A stretch of DNA of 64,000 bases, from contig UQMZ01000001.1 in NCBI GenBank assembly GCA_900542185.1, positions 65,035 through 129,034 on the forward strand, in the 5' to 3' direction. Source of the DNA: an uncultured Bacteroidales bacterium. Lineage in GTDB: Bacteria; Bacteroidota; Bacteroidia; Bacteroidales; Muribaculaceae. The position numbers and the translations under genes were made by a program. Shown one piece after another: positions 17,540 through 32,862 of this stretch. The notes beneath the pieces were generated by a model. It saw only the letters and a list, made by a program, of their open reading frames with translations. It had not been told where the DNA came from and ran no database searches. Numbering within the stretch: position 1 is the first letter of the stretch; each line of letters starts with the position of its first letter.

Positions 17540-18289
17540 TCCCATGGCTCGGGCAACCTTGCATGCTTCAATGGCATTGCCTACCTTAAGTTTCGTCAGT
17601 ATGTTCTGACGGTGCCTGTGAACGGTATTGACGCTGATAAATAGCTGATCGGCTATTTCCTTGCTCTGCAGGCCGTTGTCTATAAGTCTGAGCACGGATA
17701 TTTCACGAGAAGAAAGAAATTTGGTATAATTGTTGGTCGTCAGTACGCCACTCTCTCCGGTGAGCGTATTGACGATTTTTGGTGTGTCCTGACTGTTATT
17801 CTTTATGGTATACACACACATATTCAGCCAATAACTGCCGTCTTTAGTTCCAGCCAGGGAAAACATGCGGTGTTGTATGCGACGCCATTTCCCGGCAATG
17901 TCCTGTAAACGTATGGTATCATGCAAAACATAATTTCTTCTTTCTTCCGGGGTGTATTTCTGAGTCATGTGTAAGTATGCAAGCTCATGGGCATGTCTGT
18001 AAATCAAATCGTCAGGATCCGTACGATTGAAAATGAAATCTTCATAGAGTGACGGTATTGTGGCGCGACGTTCCGATGCCGGCAATCCAATAATATCTGC
18101 CAGGCCGCCAAAACAACAATAACTACAGTTTCTTATCGAATCGCCCATCGATACGATGGCATTTTCTGCCAATGCATACGCCTCGGCTATATGCAATGCT
18201 TCTTCCAGTTTGCTTGTATCCGCCTTTTCGGTAAAAGGTTGTGACAGGTATAGCTTATTTATCGGTTCAAAATATTTGTCCATATACAA
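17528..18289 (-). CDS. LuxR/FixJ-type HTH transcriptional regulator with an unassigned N-terminal domain (LuxR solo-like), 253 aa
   Basis: C-terminal LuxR HTH: LSSREISVLRLIDNGLQSKEIADQLFISVNTVHRHRQNILTKLKV. Confidence 0.7.
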   Translation of the reverse strand: MYMDKYFEPINKLYLSQPFTEKADTSKLEEALHIAEAYALAENAIVSMGDSIRNCSYCCFGGLADIIGLPASERRATIPSLYEDFIFNRTDPDDLIYRHAHELAYLHMTQKYTPEERRNYVLHDTIRLQDIAGKWRRIQHRMFSLAGTKDGSYWLNMCVYTIKNNSQDTPKIVNTLTGESGVLTTNNYTKFLSSREISVLRLIDNGLQSKEIADQLFISVNTVHRHRQNILTKLKVGNAIEACKVARAMGLIP

Positions 18290-18498
18290 TTGTAAAAGTC
18301 CTTGTCGTGTGGTATCCTCTTATTGGGATGACAAATATAATACATTAAAGCCGTTAAAACTAATTTGCGTTACAAATCAGTTTTAACGGCTTCTGTCAGG
18401 AATCGATGGAAATGATTACCGGACTATAATCTCGCGAGAAGAGAGCAACTCCCGGTATTTTACAGGTCAAGCACCCAGTTGATAGACTTCTGGTCGGC

Positions 18499-19404
18499 TT
18501 ATTTTACAAGCACTTTCTTGTGGTTTATGATGTAGATGCCACCGGGGAGGCCATCAGTTGCATTCACGATATCAACGTTATTGCGAATCATACGACCTGA
18601 AATGTCATACACATTAGTTTTGCGGGAATTGTCTATGATATATAAGGCTGCGCCTGTCATAGCGTCTGGATAGTAGACCTTTACTACAGGTACAGGGGTG
18701 TGAATCAAGAATTCCTTGTTTTCATTAATGGCAGAAATGGCAGCATTGGTTAGAGTGAATGTGCGCACATTGCCATCGCCTTCAGACGCGAGTTCAAGAT
18801 TCGTCCAGTCGCCCTTGCAGATATTTACCCATTCGGGAGCTGTTTCGAATTCAACTGCGATTTTCGTTTTGTCTTCAGGAATCTGCGTATAGACATTTAC
18901 ATTAGGGGTGCGCGTTCCATAGGCGATTATTCCCTGCGGATTGAATGTCTCGGAACTTTTTGTCACCTTTACCACGGTCGCGCCTCCGCCACCTTGAACA
19001 TATATGCCTTCGGCGCAGTTGGCAATCATTTCGTCGGTGACTCCTACCGATACCTCTCCATCGGCTATTTCCGGGGCGTTGATGTTAGTCGTGCCCAAAA
19101 GAACGCTCCAATCGCTGTTTTTGATGAGGCAATTACCGTTATTAGGGTCGCCACCGGTGAAATGGAACACGAGAATGTCGCCGGCTTTCACTTTGCTTTT
19201 GTCGATGCCGACTCCGAGTCCCTGCCAGTTGTCGAGTTTGAAATCTCCTTGCCAAAGCACGTCGGCATCATTCTCATTTTCCGGACTCTCACGGTCGAAG
19301 ACTGTTACGGACTCCTGACTTTCTGATGTCAGGGACACTGTAGCGGCGTTGATGGCCATAAGCGGCGCAGCAACTGCCGCGATTAGTAATAATTGTTTGA
19401 TCAT
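18499..19404 (-). CDS. Secreted protein with T9SS C-terminal sorting domain (301 aa); N-terminal module possibly carbohydrate-binding
   Basis: Signal peptide. C-terminus VYDISGRMIRNNVDIVNATDGLPGGIYIINHKKVLVK is a classical T9SS type-A C-terminal domain. Confidence 0.7.
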   Translation of the reverse strand: MIKQLLLIAAVAAPLMAINAATVSLTSESQESVTVFDRESPENENDADVLWQGDFKLDNWQGLGVGIDKSKVKAGDILVFHFTGGDPNNGNCLIKNSDWSVLLGTTNINAPEIADGEVSVGVTDEMIANCAEGIYVQGGGGATVVKVTKSSETFNPQGIIAYGTRTPNVNVYTQIPEDKTKIAVEFETAPEWVNICKGDWTNLELASEGDGNVRTFTLTNAAISAINENKEFLIHTPVPVVKVYYPDAMTGAALYIIDNSRKTNVYDISGRMIRNNVDIVNATDGLPGGIYIINHKKVLVK

Positions 19405-19466
19405 AACTTTAAATTTGTTTAAGGTTACTGTTAGATATTATGTAGATGCTGTAAAACTATGCTTAA

Positions 19467-24520
<5,054 letters not shown>

Positions 24521-24535
24521 TGTCTTAGTTGCAGG

Positions 24536-25918
24536 TTATTTCAAATCTGGCACTTCATCACGTGTTATTATCATCTCTGAATTATACTGAGAGATGTAAA
24601 ATTCAAGGGTATTGTCACCGGAGTCGGGGTCAGAGCCACCTACCCAGGGGGTTATCCAGCTCCATATATCACCATTGGCTTGCATGTCTTCAATAGAAGG
24701 GATCGATCCGCATTCCGTGATGGCGCATATCTTATGACTTGTGACGGAACGCAGCAAATCCATTTTCTCCGGGACAGACTGATGATCCTTGACGCCTATG
24801 TCTACGCCCAGAACATCTACGTACGTGTCGCCGGGATACCATTCCGGTTCTTCACCTGTCCATACCCATATAAGATTCCTGAGCCCTTTCTGAGTGAAAT
24901 ATTCAAACATGAATTTCCATAAATCCTTGTATGTGTCGGGTCCTTCCTTACCCCACCAGAACCATCTGCCGGCGGCTTCGTGCAGGGGCCTCCACAACAC
25001 CGGAACATTCTTTGACTGTAGGTCAAGAAGATAACCTGAAATCACATCAAGGTCCCTGATCAGGATGTCATGTTCCCAAGTGCCTTCCAGCAACGCACGC
25101 GAGGGGCTGAAAGAATTGTTTTCCGAATAGAAGGCACAGTCATCGAAACTGTCTTTGACCGACTCGTTTTTCGGAACTGACCAGTGCCAGTCGAACAGAA
25201 CGATTCCACCGTCGTTCCACCATTTTTGCGGTACAGACATATCCGTATAGTTCTCGGCCCAGTCGGTGGGATTTAAAGGCGCGCTGTGAACATGATGCAT
25301 GAAGTCGAAATAGTTAATGACAGGATATTTACCGGTCTTGTCGTGCAGATATTCGGCATTCCGGATGTCAAGAGTGCCGTAAGACACCACACCGGAGATC
25401 ACCTTCTTTCCGTAGTTGTCGCGCAGGAAATCATACACGTTCACAGTCTGTGGGGTGGCATCGGCCATTACGGGAGACTCGGCGACGTCATATTCGGTCC
25501 CTGCCGCACTCTGTGTCACCGTTAAGTCTCGGGTCAGTCCTCCTGCTTCGACTGTCAGGACAGTGCTGCGTTCCTCATCAGCATCATTGGAGCTCACCTC
25601 GACACGGAAAAATGATTCCCTGTTAATAGCGTCATCAGCACTGAAATTCCAGCCATTGCCGCTATGAGGCGACACTTTTATCCATGCTGTGTCGGAATCC
25701 GTAACGCCTATGTGCCAGGGGATGTCGGTCTCGACACCGAAAATCCGGGCTGAGGCACGAGAACCGAATCTGACATAATCTATGGGGGTCCCCTCGGCTG
25801 TAACAGTCAGGCCTGACGCCCGGTCAGCCCTTGCATCGGAGCACGATGTCGCCGAGATGTTGACTAAGCAGATAGCCATGCATGTGCAAATCCGATTTAT
25901 TGTTTTGGTTCTGATCAT
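24536..25918 (-). CDS. Glycoside hydrolase family 26-like (beta-mannanase-type) lipoprotein, 460 aa
   Basis: GH26-type motifs WRPLHEAAGRWFWWG and WYPGDTYVDVLGVD. Lipoprotein signal (ATSCSD) plus an N-terminal Ig/BACON-like region. Confidence 0.65.
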   Translation of the reverse strand: MIRTKTINRICTCMAICLVNISATSCSDARADRASGLTVTAEGTPIDYVRFGSRASARIFGVETDIPWHIGVTDSDTAWIKVSPHSGNGWNFSADDAINRESFFRVEVSSNDADEERSTVLTVEAGGLTRDLTVTQSAAGTEYDVAESPVMADATPQTVNVYDFLRDNYGKKVISGVVSYGTLDIRNAEYLHDKTGKYPVINYFDFMHHVHSAPLNPTDWAENYTDMSVPQKWWNDGGIVLFDWHWSVPKNESVKDSFDDCAFYSENNSFSPSRALLEGTWEHDILIRDLDVISGYLLDLQSKNVPVLWRPLHEAAGRWFWWGKEGPDTYKDLWKFMFEYFTQKGLRNLIWVWTGEEPEWYPGDTYVDVLGVDIGVKDHQSVPEKMDLLRSVTSHKICAITECGSIPSIEDMQANGDIWSWITPWVGGSDPDSGDNTLEFYISQYNSEMIITRDEVPDLK

Positions 25919-25959
25919 GATTATAATATTTATCTCAGATGAACTTTACAGATTCAGTC

Positions 25960-27549
25960 TTATTTCGGGAGGTAGATGATGCGGAGGTTATCGATTTTTA
26001 AATCAACTTTGCCGGCTTTGTCACCCATGCTGTTGGCCTGGATGAGGATCATGAAAAGGCCGGTCTGTTTGATCTGTGCCAAATTCTTTCCGGCATAATT
26101 CCCGAACTTGCTAAGAGGAATTACTGCCCTGTACCATTTGTTTTTATGGAACTTCCCGTTTATGTCCGCATTAACGGGGACACCGTCGTCCAGATTTCCG
26201 TCATGGTACGAATCCCATCCATCGGAGTTCACTGTGGTGGTGGCAACACGCAGGAAGCCCAAGTAGCCGTTAATGTTATAGTCGCCCGCATCATATACTT
26301 CATAAGCAATGTACAGCTGGTCGGCTGTCGCGGAGTCCGGCACATAATCAGGCATGCTGAACGGCCGTCCCAGCTGCCATGCGATTATCGGTCCCCATCC
26401 CGTTCCGGCAGGCTGTTCCGGATCATTGAACCAGCCATAATTCCCGTCATTGTTGCCGGCGTCGATGTATTGCGCTCCGCCGCTGTATCCATCCTGTATT
26501 CCGACACCGTCAAAGTCGGTGACAAGCGTTGACATATCGTAAAAATGCTTGGCCGAGGAAGTACCCCCGATAGTGGTCACTGACAGTTCCGCGCCTTGAA
26601 TGTTTTTGGGACGATCCTTGAAATTGAGGAATATCGTGTCCTGCGTTTCCGACACTTTCAGCTCGGAGGCGTTCCATTCAACATTTCCGAAATTAACTTT
26701 GGCGACATTCACGAAATCGCGTCCGGTTATAAATATGTCTTCGCCGATCTGTGGCATGTCGGACGAGAAATTCAGAATGGTGGGTTTGTCGGGTAATACG
26801 GAGAATGCCATATATGCCGGACCGGCCGCTGTCTCAATGATCAAGGTTCCCGTTTCCGGGACATCGGAAGGCAATGTGACTTCTATCTCAGATTCAGTCT
26901 CATAGGCTAAGGTAGAAGCGTTCATGTGATGGTCCTGGAGTATGTTTCGGTATTCCATGTCTGCAGTGTGATTGCCGGGGATATCCTTGGATTCGTTGTT
27001 TTCCAGTTCCTCAACCGAAATGTCGGTTATGTATATCCGGTTGATGTCCACAAGATTCATTCCATAGATCATCATCTTGTCACCCGAGCGGCGTGGATAG
27101 ATGGCGGCTATACGCCGGAGTTGAGGGTAGGGGGCTGTGATCTTGAATGCATATTCAGCCGTCCCATGGCTGGTGGAGACCTGTATCTCATCGGGTACGT
27201 CATCATAGAACGCCGACAGACGGAACCCTTTCTCTTCAGTAGGCACTGTCACGATTATACTGTGGTCGGTGTTGAACGTGGAGTTAAAGCTGACGTCCTG
27301 TCCGTTGATGAGCACCTGTCTGGCTCCTCCAAGACTGTGGCCTTCAATCACAAGAGTCGTGCCCGGGGTGGCGGTGGTGTGATATTCATTGAATGTATCG
27401 TCATTGGTCAGATATTTTACGCCCGTAATCTCAGGGGCATCGGCTCCCATGTCTTTGTCGCACGAGGACAGATACATCATTGACGCAGTCGTTACAAGCA
27501 TTATGTGCAGTCCTGCGATGATTCGTTTATAAAGTATGTCGCTGAACAT
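25960..27549 (-). CDS. PUL-encoded surface glycan-binding lipoprotein (SusE/F-position), IPT/TIG-like N-terminal domains, 529 aa
   Basis: Lipoprotein signal (YLSSC). Position directly downstream of susD. IPT-like beta-sandwich segments. No catalytic motif. Confidence 0.55.
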   Translation of the reverse strand: MFSDILYKRIIAGLHIMLVTTASMMYLSSCDKDMGADAPEITGVKYLTNDDTFNEYHTTATPGTTLVIEGHSLGGARQVLINGQDVSFNSTFNTDHSIIVTVPTEEKGFRLSAFYDDVPDEIQVSTSHGTAEYAFKITAPYPQLRRIAAIYPRRSGDKMMIYGMNLVDINRIYITDISVEELENNESKDIPGNHTADMEYRNILQDHHMNASTLAYETESEIEVTLPSDVPETGTLIIETAAGPAYMAFSVLPDKPTILNFSSDMPQIGEDIFITGRDFVNVAKVNFGNVEWNASELKVSETQDTIFLNFKDRPKNIQGAELSVTTIGGTSSAKHFYDMSTLVTDFDGVGIQDGYSGGAQYIDAGNNDGNYGWFNDPEQPAGTGWGPIIAWQLGRPFSMPDYVPDSATADQLYIAYEVYDAGDYNINGYLGFLRVATTTVNSDGWDSYHDGNLDDGVPVNADINGKFHKNKWYRAVIPLSKFGNYAGKNLAQIKQTGLFMILIQANSMGDKAGKVDLKIDNLRIIYLPK

Positions 27550-27564
27550 GATGTTGATATTTTA

Positions 27565-29337
27565 TTATTTATATTCGTTGAAATCGAAATCCACGGGCTC
27601 TTTGTTAAAGGCGGGATTCTGTATGACGTCGGTTTCGGGATACGGCATCATGATGTTTGTTTCGGTCAGTACAATGGGCATATAGTCTGAAGATACACTG
27701 ACCAGGCTGTTGAAGTCGTAGGTATAGGGAATGTCCGTACCACGGCCGGCCACTGGCGTATTGTCGGTTTCGGAAGTGGCGAGGAAATCATTCCAATACA
27801 CGTTGCCCTTTTCATTGGTGAGATACCACATTCCCGAAGGCCTGCAGCGATACGAAAGAGTTCCGTCGCTGTTTTTTATTACGTCTCCAGAATCGATCTG
27901 ACTTGCGCGATGTTGCTGGTGATTGAAGAAATAGAGCATAGTCTGGGGTTTCCATCTGTACCAAGTGACCATATCCCACCAGTTGCAATATTCAAAACAG
28001 AATTCAATACGCCGTTCGCGCACAATATCCATGAATGTGAACGATGTCAGTGGTTTGGCTTGAGCCCTTAAGCGTACGGCGTTAATCGCCGCCAACGCCT
28101 CGGGATTGCTGGTCGAGGCATTGTCGCCCAGCAGGGCTTCCGCCTTGATAAGGTAAACGTCTGCAAGACGCTGTATGTAAGTGTAAAGAGGAGAGTTGGA
28201 ATCAAGGCCATAAGGAGCTACATCCGATTTTTTGCCGAGAACACCTTTCTTCAATTGCATGTACTTGCTTTTATAGGTATATCCGCCTTCATCGGCGCGG
28301 ATGTAACTATAATTGCTGTTCTGCGTGAAAAATGACGCACGACGGCGTATCGAGTCTCCCGGTTCCTGATTATAATAGTCAATCATGTCGGTGGAGGCAA
28401 CGATAGAACCACCCCATACGCTGACGTCAGTTACTTCGGGAAAGCAAAGAGTTGAATAAATATAGTTGCATGCTCCCCAGGTGTTCGTGTTCGGATCAGC
28501 CCAGCGTAAGGCCAATATGGTTTCGCTGTTGTCGTTGTTCTGAGCCCGGAACAATTGCTCGTAATCTCCCATAAGGTTATACTGCCCGCAATTGATCACC
28601 TCGTCGCATAATTGTACTGTCTCCTCAAGTATTTTAGGGTCCCGGACATGGTCGACGGATGTTTCGGCATCCCATCCGCTCTTAGCCAGTAATGCTTTGG
28701 CCAAAGCGGCTTTGGCAGCGTACTTCGACGGGTGATGGTCATATCCTTCTTCCGGCAGATAACTCTCTGCGTTGCGAAAATCACGTATTATAAACTCCAG
28801 TACGCTGGATTCCTTGTTTAAGGATCGTCTGGGATTGTCAATCAACTGTTGGTTGTCGGCAAAAAGAATATTCGCACCCCAACCGCGCAACAGGTAGAAA
28901 TATGCCCATCCACGCATCAGGTAGCATTCGCCTATCGCAGCGTTCTTCATACTTTCAGTCACGTCGTCGGTACAGTAACTCTTAATGTTGCTCATGGTGG
29001 CATTGCACAGAGTCACTACATTGTATAATGACGACCAAGAGGATACAAGTTCCGGCGTGAGTCCTGTGACAGTGAATCGGGCGTATTCAGGACTGAGATA
29101 CGGACTCCAGCCATCGTTGGCGCGGAAGGACCCCATGCCCATCAGACTGTTTCTGTTGAATCCGAACCATGCCCGGTTGTACAGAGGTTCCACTCCTTTG
29201 CGTACAGCCTCGTCGGAGGCGTAATATGTCTCTGTGGTATACTGGTCTTTGGGCGTTTGGTCCAGAAAGTCGTCGCTGCAGCCGGACAATGTCGCAATCG
29301 CCAGGACCAGCGTGATAATGTATTGATATTTTTTCAT
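27565..29337 (-). CDS. susD: SusD/RagB-family nutrient-binding outer-membrane lipoprotein, 590 aa
   Basis: Lipoprotein signal LSGCSDDFLDQTPKDQ is the typical SusD N-terminus. Immediately follows susC. Confidence 0.9.
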   Translation of the reverse strand: MKKYQYIITLVLAIATLSGCSDDFLDQTPKDQYTTETYYASDEAVRKGVEPLYNRAWFGFNRNSLMGMGSFRANDGWSPYLSPEYARFTVTGLTPELVSSWSSLYNVVTLCNATMSNIKSYCTDDVTESMKNAAIGECYLMRGWAYFYLLRGWGANILFADNQQLIDNPRRSLNKESSVLEFIIRDFRNAESYLPEEGYDHHPSKYAAKAALAKALLAKSGWDAETSVDHVRDPKILEETVQLCDEVINCGQYNLMGDYEQLFRAQNNDNSETILALRWADPNTNTWGACNYIYSTLCFPEVTDVSVWGGSIVASTDMIDYYNQEPGDSIRRRASFFTQNSNYSYIRADEGGYTYKSKYMQLKKGVLGKKSDVAPYGLDSNSPLYTYIQRLADVYLIKAEALLGDNASTSNPEALAAINAVRLRAQAKPLTSFTFMDIVRERRIEFCFEYCNWWDMVTWYRWKPQTMLYFFNHQQHRASQIDSGDVIKNSDGTLSYRCRPSGMWYLTNEKGNVYWNDFLATSETDNTPVAGRGTDIPYTYDFNSLVSVSSDYMPIVLTETNIMMPYPETDVIQNPAFNKEPVDFDFNEYK

Positions 29338-29349
29338 TGTGTCGTGGGC

Positions 29350-32300
29350 TTAAAACTTAATTCTTAATCCTAAGGTATATATTCTGGGAGAGGGATAACG
29401 GTAATTGTCTATGCTCTGCGCTATCACGCTCTGTCCCTGCGTTCCGACTTCAGGGTCGTATCCGTTATATTTGGTTATGGTGAATAAGTTGGAGATGTTG
29501 GCATACACCTGCAACTGCTCGATTTTAATACGATTAAGCCACTTTTGAGGAAGATTATAGGCCAGGGATAGAGTCTTGAGTCTGAGATAAGAACCATCCG
29601 ACACATGCAGGTTGCTGACGCGGTTGTTATCGTTGCGTGTCGTACCGGCTGCGCTTACCCGAGCTATTTTTGTACCGGGATTGGTTACATAAACGTTGGA
29701 GATGTCGGATGACGAGCCATTAGGATCATGTAATCCCAGGCGCGCGAAATCGAACACTTCAGCCAGCTTGTTCCCATAGCCTTCGGTGTTGACGTGTTCC
29801 ATTCGGACAAAATTGTAGATATCGCCGCCAACACTGCCGTTAAAGAATAGATTAAGCTCGAAGCCTTTGTATCTCAATGTATTGCTCAGTCCGAACGTGA
29901 AGTCGGGATTAGGATCTCCTATATACTTGCGGTCGGCTTCCGTTATCTTGCCGTCATTGTTGACATCTTCATATATATAATCTCCGACCCATACGGAATT
30001 CGGTGCGATCGCCAGTAATTCACCGTTGGAATCAACCGGGCGGGCCACAGGCACCCGATTGCCGTTCCCGTCTATGATAAATTCTCCTTGGTCGTTCCTT
30101 TTATAAAAGTCGGCTTCGCTGTTGAACATGCCAATGACATTATAGCCGTAGAATCTGCCTATCGGTTGTCCTGTCTGGCTCATGGTAAACAGATAGGAAC
30201 TCCATGTATACGGTATCTGTCCATCCTCGTTGTTCAGCTTTACAAGTTTGTTACGGTTTATCGATAAGGTTGCCGAGGTGCTCCATTCAAAATCCCTGTT
30301 TGAAATATTCACGGAATTCAGGGTGAACTCAATACCTGTATTGCGTATCGTACCGGCGTTGACCCATGGCGATGACATACCCATGCCCTCGTTATTGATG
30401 ACATACGACGGCAACACGGCTCTCATCAGCAGATCCTTCGTGTCTTTATAATACCAGTCCACGATGAAATCCAGACGGTTGTTCAGCACAGAGAAATCCA
30501 AACCGATATTCCATGCGGTGGTGCTTTCCCACTTCAGGTTGGCATTTGCAAAATTATTGGGATAGTAACCTGTGCCCCATGCAGTGGCTATATTCGCCAT
30601 CGTGGCGCCATAGGCGTATGCGGCCGAACTTTGATTTCCGACCATACCCCATCCAAGACGTAACTTGAGATTGTTGATCCAACTTATGTCTTTCATGAAA
30701 TTCTCGTTATTGATGCGCCATGCCAGGGCTGCGGAGGGAAACCACCCCCATCTGTTGTTCTTTCCGAAGCTACTGCTGCCGTCGGCACGTACGGTGGCTG
30801 TCAGCAGGTAACGGTCCTTGAAGTTATAGTTCAGACGGGCGTAAAACGACTCGATGCTCCATTGCGAAGCGTCGCTGCCGGAATTGACTGATGTACTCTG
30901 GTCACCGACATTGATGGAGTGCAGATTGTTGGATATATAGTCGTAACGTGAGGCCGACAGACTCTCCCAAGTTCCCCACTGCCGTTCGTGGCCCGCCATA
31001 ACTTGCAAACGGTGGGCATCAGCGATGTTGAAATCATAGGTAAGGTATTCCTTGCAGGATGAGTACGAGCTGTTGTTCTTGCTCCGTTCGCTGTGCGAAC
31101 GAACTATATTGTTGCCGTACGTATATGACGGCTGGAAATAATAATTGTTGTACCATCCTTTGTCTCCGGCATATTCTATCAATATGTCAAGTCCCTTCAG
31201 GGGCTGGATATCCGCATATATGTTGTATGTCAGCTTCTGGTTCTTTGACACATTCTCGCGCATAGTGGCTTCAAATAGGGGATTACTGTAGTAAACATTG
31301 AATTGATTCTCCGTGGGGAATCCGAAAGTTCCATCTGGATTGCGTGGCGCCACATCTGGGAACTGGTTGAGAGCTGTCGATATGACGCTGCCTTCCTGGA
31401 AAGCTGTCTGCTGTTTGGTGTCGGCATAGGACATGTTGAATCCCACCTTAAGCCACTTTGTTATGTTCGTGTCGAAGTTGGCGCGCATGGTGAAACGCTT
31501 GAATCCGGATCCGAGCGATATGCCGTCCTGGTCGAGGTATCCCCCCGAAATATAGTAATGAAGGTTTTTGCTGCCTCCAGATACGCTTAGGTTGTGGTTG
31601 TGCATGAAGGCTGTTCCGAACAGCTCGTGCTGCCAGTCTGTTCCGTTCGTAAGCAATTCGGGATGAGCAAATTCCAGTCTTTCGCCATAACCTTGGATGG
31701 CTGCCCGTTCGTTATAGAACTCCGCATATTGCTTTAAATTGAGCATATCGAGATATTTAGGCATCTGCTGCCAATTGACCGAGCCGTCATATTGTACGGT
31801 CGGTTTCCCTTCCTTTCCGCGTTTGGTGGTGACGATCACCACACCGTTTGATGCCCGGCTGCCATATATAGCTGTAGCCGAGGCATCCTTAAGCACCTCG
31901 ATATTAGTGATGTCGCTTGGATTGATCGATGCGAGAGCCGTTTGTTCTCCTGACGCCGAACCGCTCACGGCAATGCCGTCTATGATGTAAAGAGGCTCAT
32001 TGCCATTCAGTGAATTAATGCCTCGAATCTGTACGGATATTCCACCTCCAGGGGCTCCGGAATTCTGTGTCACCTGAACTCCTGCAACTCGTCCTTGCAG
32101 AGTCTGTTCAAGGGATGTCGTGACGCTTTGTCTGATAGCTTCTTCGTCTATGCTCCCTACGGCTCCGGTCAGATCGCTGCGTTTCATGGTGCCATATCCC
32201 ACGACGACGACTTCATCCAGCGAGGATGCTTCGGGCTTCAGAATAATCTTAATTTCGCGTTTGTCGCCGACATTCACTGTGGTGGTCTTGTAGCCGATAT

Positions 32301-32520
32301 AAGATACCGTGATGTTCGATTTATCGGTCGGCAAGGTTAGAATGAATTTTCCCTCCGGGTCGGTAACTGTGCCTATGGTCGTGCCGGAGACCTTGACTGT
32401 GGCGCCTATGACCGGATCCTCATTATTATCACCGTCCACTACCGTCCCGGTCAATGTCTTTTGAGCCGACAGCGGCAGACTGATGCTAATGAAAAGTGAT
32501 AGGATGATGAGCTTTTTCAT
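29350..32520 (-). CDS. susC: SusC/RagA-family TonB-dependent receptor, 1056 aa
   Basis: N-terminal carboxypeptidase-regulatory-like domain (TGTVVDGDNNEDPVIGATVKV), plug-domain TonB-linked motifs, terminal ...RIYTLGLRIKF. Confidence 0.9.
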   Translation of the reverse strand: MKKLIILSLFISISLPLSAQKTLTGTVVDGDNNEDPVIGATVKVSGTTIGTVTDPEGKFILTLPTDKSNITVSYIGYKTTTVNVGDKREIKIILKPEASSLDEVVVVGYGTMKRSDLTGAVGSIDEEAIRQSVTTSLEQTLQGRVAGVQVTQNSGAPGGGISVQIRGINSLNGNEPLYIIDGIAVSGSASGEQTALASINPSDITNIEVLKDASATAIYGSRASNGVVIVTTKRGKEGKPTVQYDGSVNWQQMPKYLDMLNLKQYAEFYNERAAIQGYGERLEFAHPELLTNGTDWQHELFGTAFMHNHNLSVSGGSKNLHYYISGGYLDQDGISLGSGFKRFTMRANFDTNITKWLKVGFNMSYADTKQQTAFQEGSVISTALNQFPDVAPRNPDGTFGFPTENQFNVYYSNPLFEATMRENVSKNQKLTYNIYADIQPLKGLDILIEYAGDKGWYNNYYFQPSYTYGNNIVRSHSERSKNNSSYSSCKEYLTYDFNIADAHRLQVMAGHERQWGTWESLSASRYDYISNNLHSINVGDQSTSVNSGSDASQWSIESFYARLNYNFKDRYLLTATVRADGSSSFGKNNRWGWFPSAALAWRINNENFMKDISWINNLKLRLGWGMVGNQSSAAYAYGATMANIATAWGTGYYPNNFANANLKWESTTAWNIGLDFSVLNNRLDFIVDWYYKDTKDLLMRAVLPSYVINNEGMGMSSPWVNAGTIRNTGIEFTLNSVNISNRDFEWSTSATLSINRNKLVKLNNEDGQIPYTWSSYLFTMSQTGQPIGRFYGYNVIGMFNSEADFYKRNDQGEFIIDGNGNRVPVARPVDSNGELLAIAPNSVWVGDYIYEDVNNDGKITEADRKYIGDPNPDFTFGLSNTLRYKGFELNLFFNGSVGGDIYNFVRMEHVNTEGYGNKLAEVFDFARLGLHDPNGSSSDISNVYVTNPGTKIARVSAAGTTRNDNNRVSNLHVSDGSYLRLKTLSLAYNLPQKWLNRIKIEQLQVYANISNLFTITKYNGYDPEVGTQGQSVIAQSIDNYRYPSPRIYTLGLRIKF

Positions 32521-32796
32521 TATAGATAGATAATTTTAAGTTGTGTATCTGTTGTTTTTATTTTGCGCAAAATTATTTATAAATAGGCCGGAGTCCAAGT
32601 GACAGGAATGGATAAATGCTTCTCGTTTGGGTAATTAGACGGTAGGGGATGAATTTAAACATTCGGGAACATCGAAATCAACAAATGGGATATTACTTGT
32701 AAGGGGTATGTTGAATTCATTCAGGCGTGCAATTGCGTATGATAGGGTTACGTCCCTCGAAAATAAGTGCGATAAGAAAACTAACTTCAATTTCAT

Positions 32797-32827
32797 TTTG
32801 CCATATTATTCGGTTTTGCTAACTTTG
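32797..32827 (+). promoter_or_regulatory. Bacteroidota sigma-A type promoter (-33 TTTG at 32797-32800; -7 TAACTTTG at 32820-32827) for the regulator gene
   Basis: Consensus elements separated by 19 nt, about 35 nt upstream of ATG 32863. Confidence 0.45.
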
Positions 32828-32862
32828 TAAAGTCTGAATCGGTCTCTTTTTAACTAAATACC

